From positions 686 to 64,685 of the IMG/VR virus record IMGVR_UViG_3300025769_000104: a stretch of 64,000 bases of DNA; one strand, given 5' to 3'. Under the pieces are notes generated by a model. That model was not told the DNA's origin. It saw only the letters and a list, made by a program, of their open reading frames with translations, and did no database searches. Made by a program: the position numbers and the translations under genes. Origin of the DNA: a virus. Its lineage: Duplodnaviria; Caudoviricetes. Shown here in pieces: positions 61,115 through 64,000 of the stretch (the stretch's first letter is position 1; each line of letters begins with the position of its first letter).

Positions 61115-61147
61115 GTAAATATACGACCCTTTTCCTGGGTAGCCAAA
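61115..61147 (-). promoter_or_regulatory. Host-sigma-type promoter, copy 3
   Basis: TTTGGCTACCCA-N10-CGTATATTTAC; downstream leader shared with copy 2. Confidence 0.75.
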
Positions 61148-61164
61148 TGGATACACAGGAGAAG

Positions 61165-62001
61165 TTAAAAGAAAGTAAAAGTTTTTCCTTTAATGGAATA
61201 TTTTTTAAATCTTAATGTATAGTCTTCTGTAAAAGCAATAGGTAAATCTTTATTAATAATATCTCCCATTATACCATCATTTCTAAGTGGGTCTACTATA
61301 TCTCCATCTTCTAAAGTAAAATGTAAAAATTCTTCTAACCAATTATATTTTGGGTTTGTAGCAATAGTTTTATGATGTTTAGTTAATTCAGGCCACCTTT
61401 GTTTAAATATAGATTTAGATGTACTTAAAAGTTTAAAAGGAGAAAAATCTAATCTAATATCAACAGCATATTTTATTTTTTGGTAATTATCTAAATACCA
61501 TTGAGCACTTTTTCTATTTAAAATATAGGCATGGGCTGCAAATTGATCAGGATGAAGGGGTATACCATAGTAAATATCTCCTTTAATATGATCTTCTACA
61601 TGGATATTATCTACACATTTTCCAATAAAACAACACCCCCAATTTTCAATACTATCTAAATCTTTTCTAAATTGTTCAAAATCAAAATTATGAATATATT
61701 TAGTATATTTAATATCATCTTCTAAAAACATAGCAACTTCTTTACCCGAATCTAAAAATTGTTTCCATGCTTTTTGGTGAGATAAAGCACAACACAAAAC
61801 TCCCTTAGTTAACCAACCATTAGGATCAAAAAAACCTTCATCTAATATATTTGTATCTAAATCATATTCTTTATTATCTATAGAATCGATTATAGTATAA
61901 TTTACTTTTAAATTATTGTGTAATAAATGGTGAACTCTTTTTCTTCTTGTAGTATGTCTTTTTAGAGATATGACATAGATCCCATCCATATTTAAATTCA
62001 T
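61165..62001 (-). CDS. Glycosyltransferase family 25
   Basis: YVISL...RR; CALSH..AW; FLEDD; AHAYILN. Confidence 0.85.
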   Translation of the reverse strand: MNLNMDGIYVISLKRHTTRRKRVHHLLHNNLKVNYTIIDSIDNKEYDLDTNILDEGFFDPNGWLTKGVLCCALSHQKAWKQFLDSGKEVAMFLEDDIKYTKYIHNFDFEQFRKDLDSIENWGCCFIGKCVDNIHVEDHIKGDIYYGIPLHPDQFAAHAYILNRKSAQWYLDNYQKIKYAVDIRLDFSPFKLLSTSKSIFKQRWPELTKHHKTIATNPKYNWLEEFLHFTLEDGDIVDPLRNDGIMGDIINKDLPIAFTEDYTLRFKKYSIKGKTFTFF

Positions 62002-62023
62002 AACTAAATTTTACAATATTTCT

Positions 62024-62800
62024 TTAATATAAATTTCCTCCTCTACTAGCTAAAGCATTAAATAATTCCTCCCCTGCAGTTATTTCAAAATTTTCTACAT
62101 CAAGAGTAATACCACTAAATATAGAATCAACCCCCCAAGTACTTACTATTTCATTAATTTGATTATGGGTTTTTCCTAACTCTAAATTATAATCATAAGT
62201 TAAATTTTCAGTATAAGAAGTTATAATATTATTATCTCTACTAAAATTATCTAACCAGATATGAGCTTGAGTAATTTGATTCTTTATATCTTCATCTACC
62301 CAAGTTTCATCCCATAATTCAACATCTGCTTCTTCATTTCTATCTGCTAAAATAATTCTATCAATATGAAATCCAATATCATGATACATAAATTCTCTCC
62401 AAGTTGAACTATTATGTAAAATTAATCTTTCAGCTAAACATTTTAACTTCCAGCTTAATGTATAATCGTTTCTTCGTATGGTAATTACCTTATCAAATTT
62501 AGGCATCAATTCAGCTAAAAATTGTTCTTCAGTTCTATTACCAGGCAATTTATGGGTTTTAACATTATGAGTCATAATAGTATTATCAGGAACGTTATTT
62601 GGAAAAATATAAGGACGTTCACGATCAATTTCATGTTGGTTATGTTGATGATCATCAGCAACCTTCACAGCAACATACTTTTTTTTAGAAAAAATTAAGG
62701 ACATAGGATCCTCAATAAACGTATACCCTAAATCTTTAGCAAAAGCTTCAGCGATTTGTTGTGCCTCACAAAATTGATATGTTAAAAACAAAATTTTCAT
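62024..62800 (-). CDS. Hypothetical protein, weakly sulfotransferase/P-loop-like
   Basis: IEDP...VKTH...KVITIRR...YTENL layout, but the P-loop is degenerate. Confidence 0.35.
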   Translation of the reverse strand: MKILFLTYQFCEAQQIAEAFAKDLGYTFIEDPMSLIFSKKKYVAVKVADDHQHNQHEIDRERPYIFPNNVPDNTIMTHNVKTHKLPGNRTEEQFLAELMPKFDKVITIRRNDYTLSWKLKCLAERLILHNSSTWREFMYHDIGFHIDRIILADRNEEADVELWDETWVDEDIKNQITQAHIWLDNFSRDNNIITSYTENLTYDYNLELGKTHNQINEIVSTWGVDSIFSGITLDVENFEITAGEELFNALASRGGNLY

Positions 62801-62919
62801 AATGTTATTTTATTATAAATATGACACTTATTTTTATCCTCTCCGAAAAGTCTCTCTCTTACAATCTTTAATTTATCTATCCGTATATACTATCCATATA
62901 AAAAATGTTTAAAAATGGG

Positions 62920-62949
62920 TTGGCTAAGTAAAAATATCTAATTATATTA
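62920..62949 (+). promoter_or_regulatory. Host-type promoter TTGGCTA...TATATTA
   Basis: Same 23-nt offset; precedes the plus-strand genes. Confidence 0.55.
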
Positions 62950-62954
62950 TAGAC

Positions 62955-63248
62955 ATGAATAATGTGATAGAACTAAAGGCGGATAACCTTGTAGATTTTT
63001 TAGGAAGTGAAAACCTTATAGCAGTATTTTCTTCAGATAGTTGTAATGCATGTAAGAATTTAAAACCTTATTTGTATGATCTTGATGAAAAATATACGGT
63101 TGTAATTGTAGATGCCGTTAGACACGTGCGAAGCTCTAAACTTATGGCGGGTGGGATACAATACTATCCTACTATAGGTTTATTTAATAGAGGGTATTTT
63201 ATTAAGGAATTATCACAATTTGATATAATTGAACAAAAACTAGATTAA
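62955..63248 (+). CDS. Thioredoxin-like protein
   Basis: FSSDSCNACK CxxC; IQYYPT cis-Pro motif. Confidence 0.85.
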   Translation: MNNVIELKADNLVDFLGSENLIAVFSSDSCNACKNLKPYLYDLDEKYTVVIVDAVRHVRSSKLMAGGIQYYPTIGLFNRGYFIKELSQFDIIEQKLD

Positions 63249-63658
63249 TGGAATTAATGTATTTTATCTCAGGTGTATTAGTAACAGGTACTATATATGC
63301 CGTAGTATTATTAAGAAAAAACCAATCACATTATCACGATGCGCTGGCTCGACTACAATCATACCAGAATATCTCCTCTATGAGATTATCAGATATAAAA
63401 GAAGAGATTAATGATATTGGGATGTTGATAAGAGATGTAGAATCTAAAATGGAAAAAGACCAATATGCTTCGGTTTCTGAATTAAATAAAAAGATTGATG
63501 AGATAGGGGAATTGGCTACGAAAACTAATTTTAAATTAGGGGAAGCCAATAAGGTTTTTAATAAAAATATTACGGATATAAGTAGTGAGATGCAACAATT
63601 AAAAAATAATGTAAAAGCTTTGGGTCAAGATCCGAACTTTTTACAAAGATATAGTTAA
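63248..63658 (+). CDS. Membrane-anchored coiled-coil protein
   Basis: N-terminal TM helix followed by heptads. Confidence 0.6.
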   Translation: MELMYFISGVLVTGTIYAVVLLRKNQSHYHDALARLQSYQNISSMRLSDIKEEINDIGMLIRDVESKMEKDQYASVSELNKKIDEIGELATKTNFKLGEANKVFNKNITDISSEMQQLKNNVKALGQDPNFLQRYS

Positions 63659-63673
63659 TTTTAAATTTTATAT

Positions 63674-64000
63674 ATGAAAAAGTGGTTATTTTTAAGTGTT
63701 TTATTTTTATTCTCTTGTGAAAAAGAGTATATTGACCTTCCCGATGGAATTGGGAATATGGGTGATCCAATTGGGATTGAAAAGGAACAACCTTTTACTC
63801 TCCCAACAAATGGATTAGTTGCATGGTATCCTTTTAATGGAAATGCAAACGATGAAAGTTCTAATAATAATAATGGTATTATAACAGATGCTGTACTATC
63901 AACAGATAGGCATGAAAATTCAAATTCATCTTATTATTTTACAAATCATGAAGATATAGAATCAACTCCTAATGATGATGGTTATTATAATTCAAGAATT
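63674..64000 (+). CDS. Partial lipoprotein with LamG-like domain (runs off the window's right end)
   Basis: MKKWLFLSVLFLFSC lipobox; GLVAWYPFNGNANDES; no stop before the end. Confidence 0.75.
   Translation, partial: MKKWLFLSVLFLFSCEKEYIDLPDGIGNMGDPIGIEKEQPFTLPTNGLVAWYPFNGNANDESSNNNNGIITDAVLSTDRHENSNSSYYFTNHEDIESTPNDDGYYNSRI

Noticed and set aside
63334-63770. Minus-strand 71-aa and 66-aa ORFs
   Set aside because: Antisense to better-supported plus-strand genes
1-64000. Stop-codon reassignment
   Set aside because: The standard code gives long, tightly packed ORFs with no systematic breaks
1-64000. tRNAs, introns, inteins, DGR or integrase
   Set aside because: No recognisable signatures by eye, and intergenic gaps are mostly too short; not tested computationally

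Overview
AT-rich, gene-dense segment of a large (jumbo-type) tailed dsDNA phage, probably a myovirus infecting Bacteroidota/Flavobacteriia. The host call rests on a Bacteroidota-like bS21, Bacteroidota-style -33/-7 promoters and lipoproteins. Genes lie on the minus strand until about 62.8 kb, where coding switches to plus. Layout: (1) 1-10.9 kb, modular proteins with short leaders and linkers ending in L/I/M-x-E, suggesting protease-processed head cargo; (2) 11.2-14.5 kb, exonuclease, primase, halogenase-like protein and GIY-YIG nuclease; (3) 14.6-18.4 kb, modification enzymes (TPR-like, propeller+FkbM, 2OG-Fe(II) oxygenase, GT-B glycosyltransferase); (4) 18.5-35.2 kb, fibre genes including three collagen-like proteins; (5) 35.2-55 kb, baseplate/tail genes; (6) 55-64 kb, gp55-like sigma, HD protein, nucleases, bS21, DUF932, GT25 and thioredoxin. 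Two promoter classes and one candidate structured leader RNA are visible. The best new-system candidates are the processed head-cargo polyproteins and a possible collagen/virion modification pathway. All calls come from motif recognition by eye; no database searches were run, and domain boundaries are approximate.
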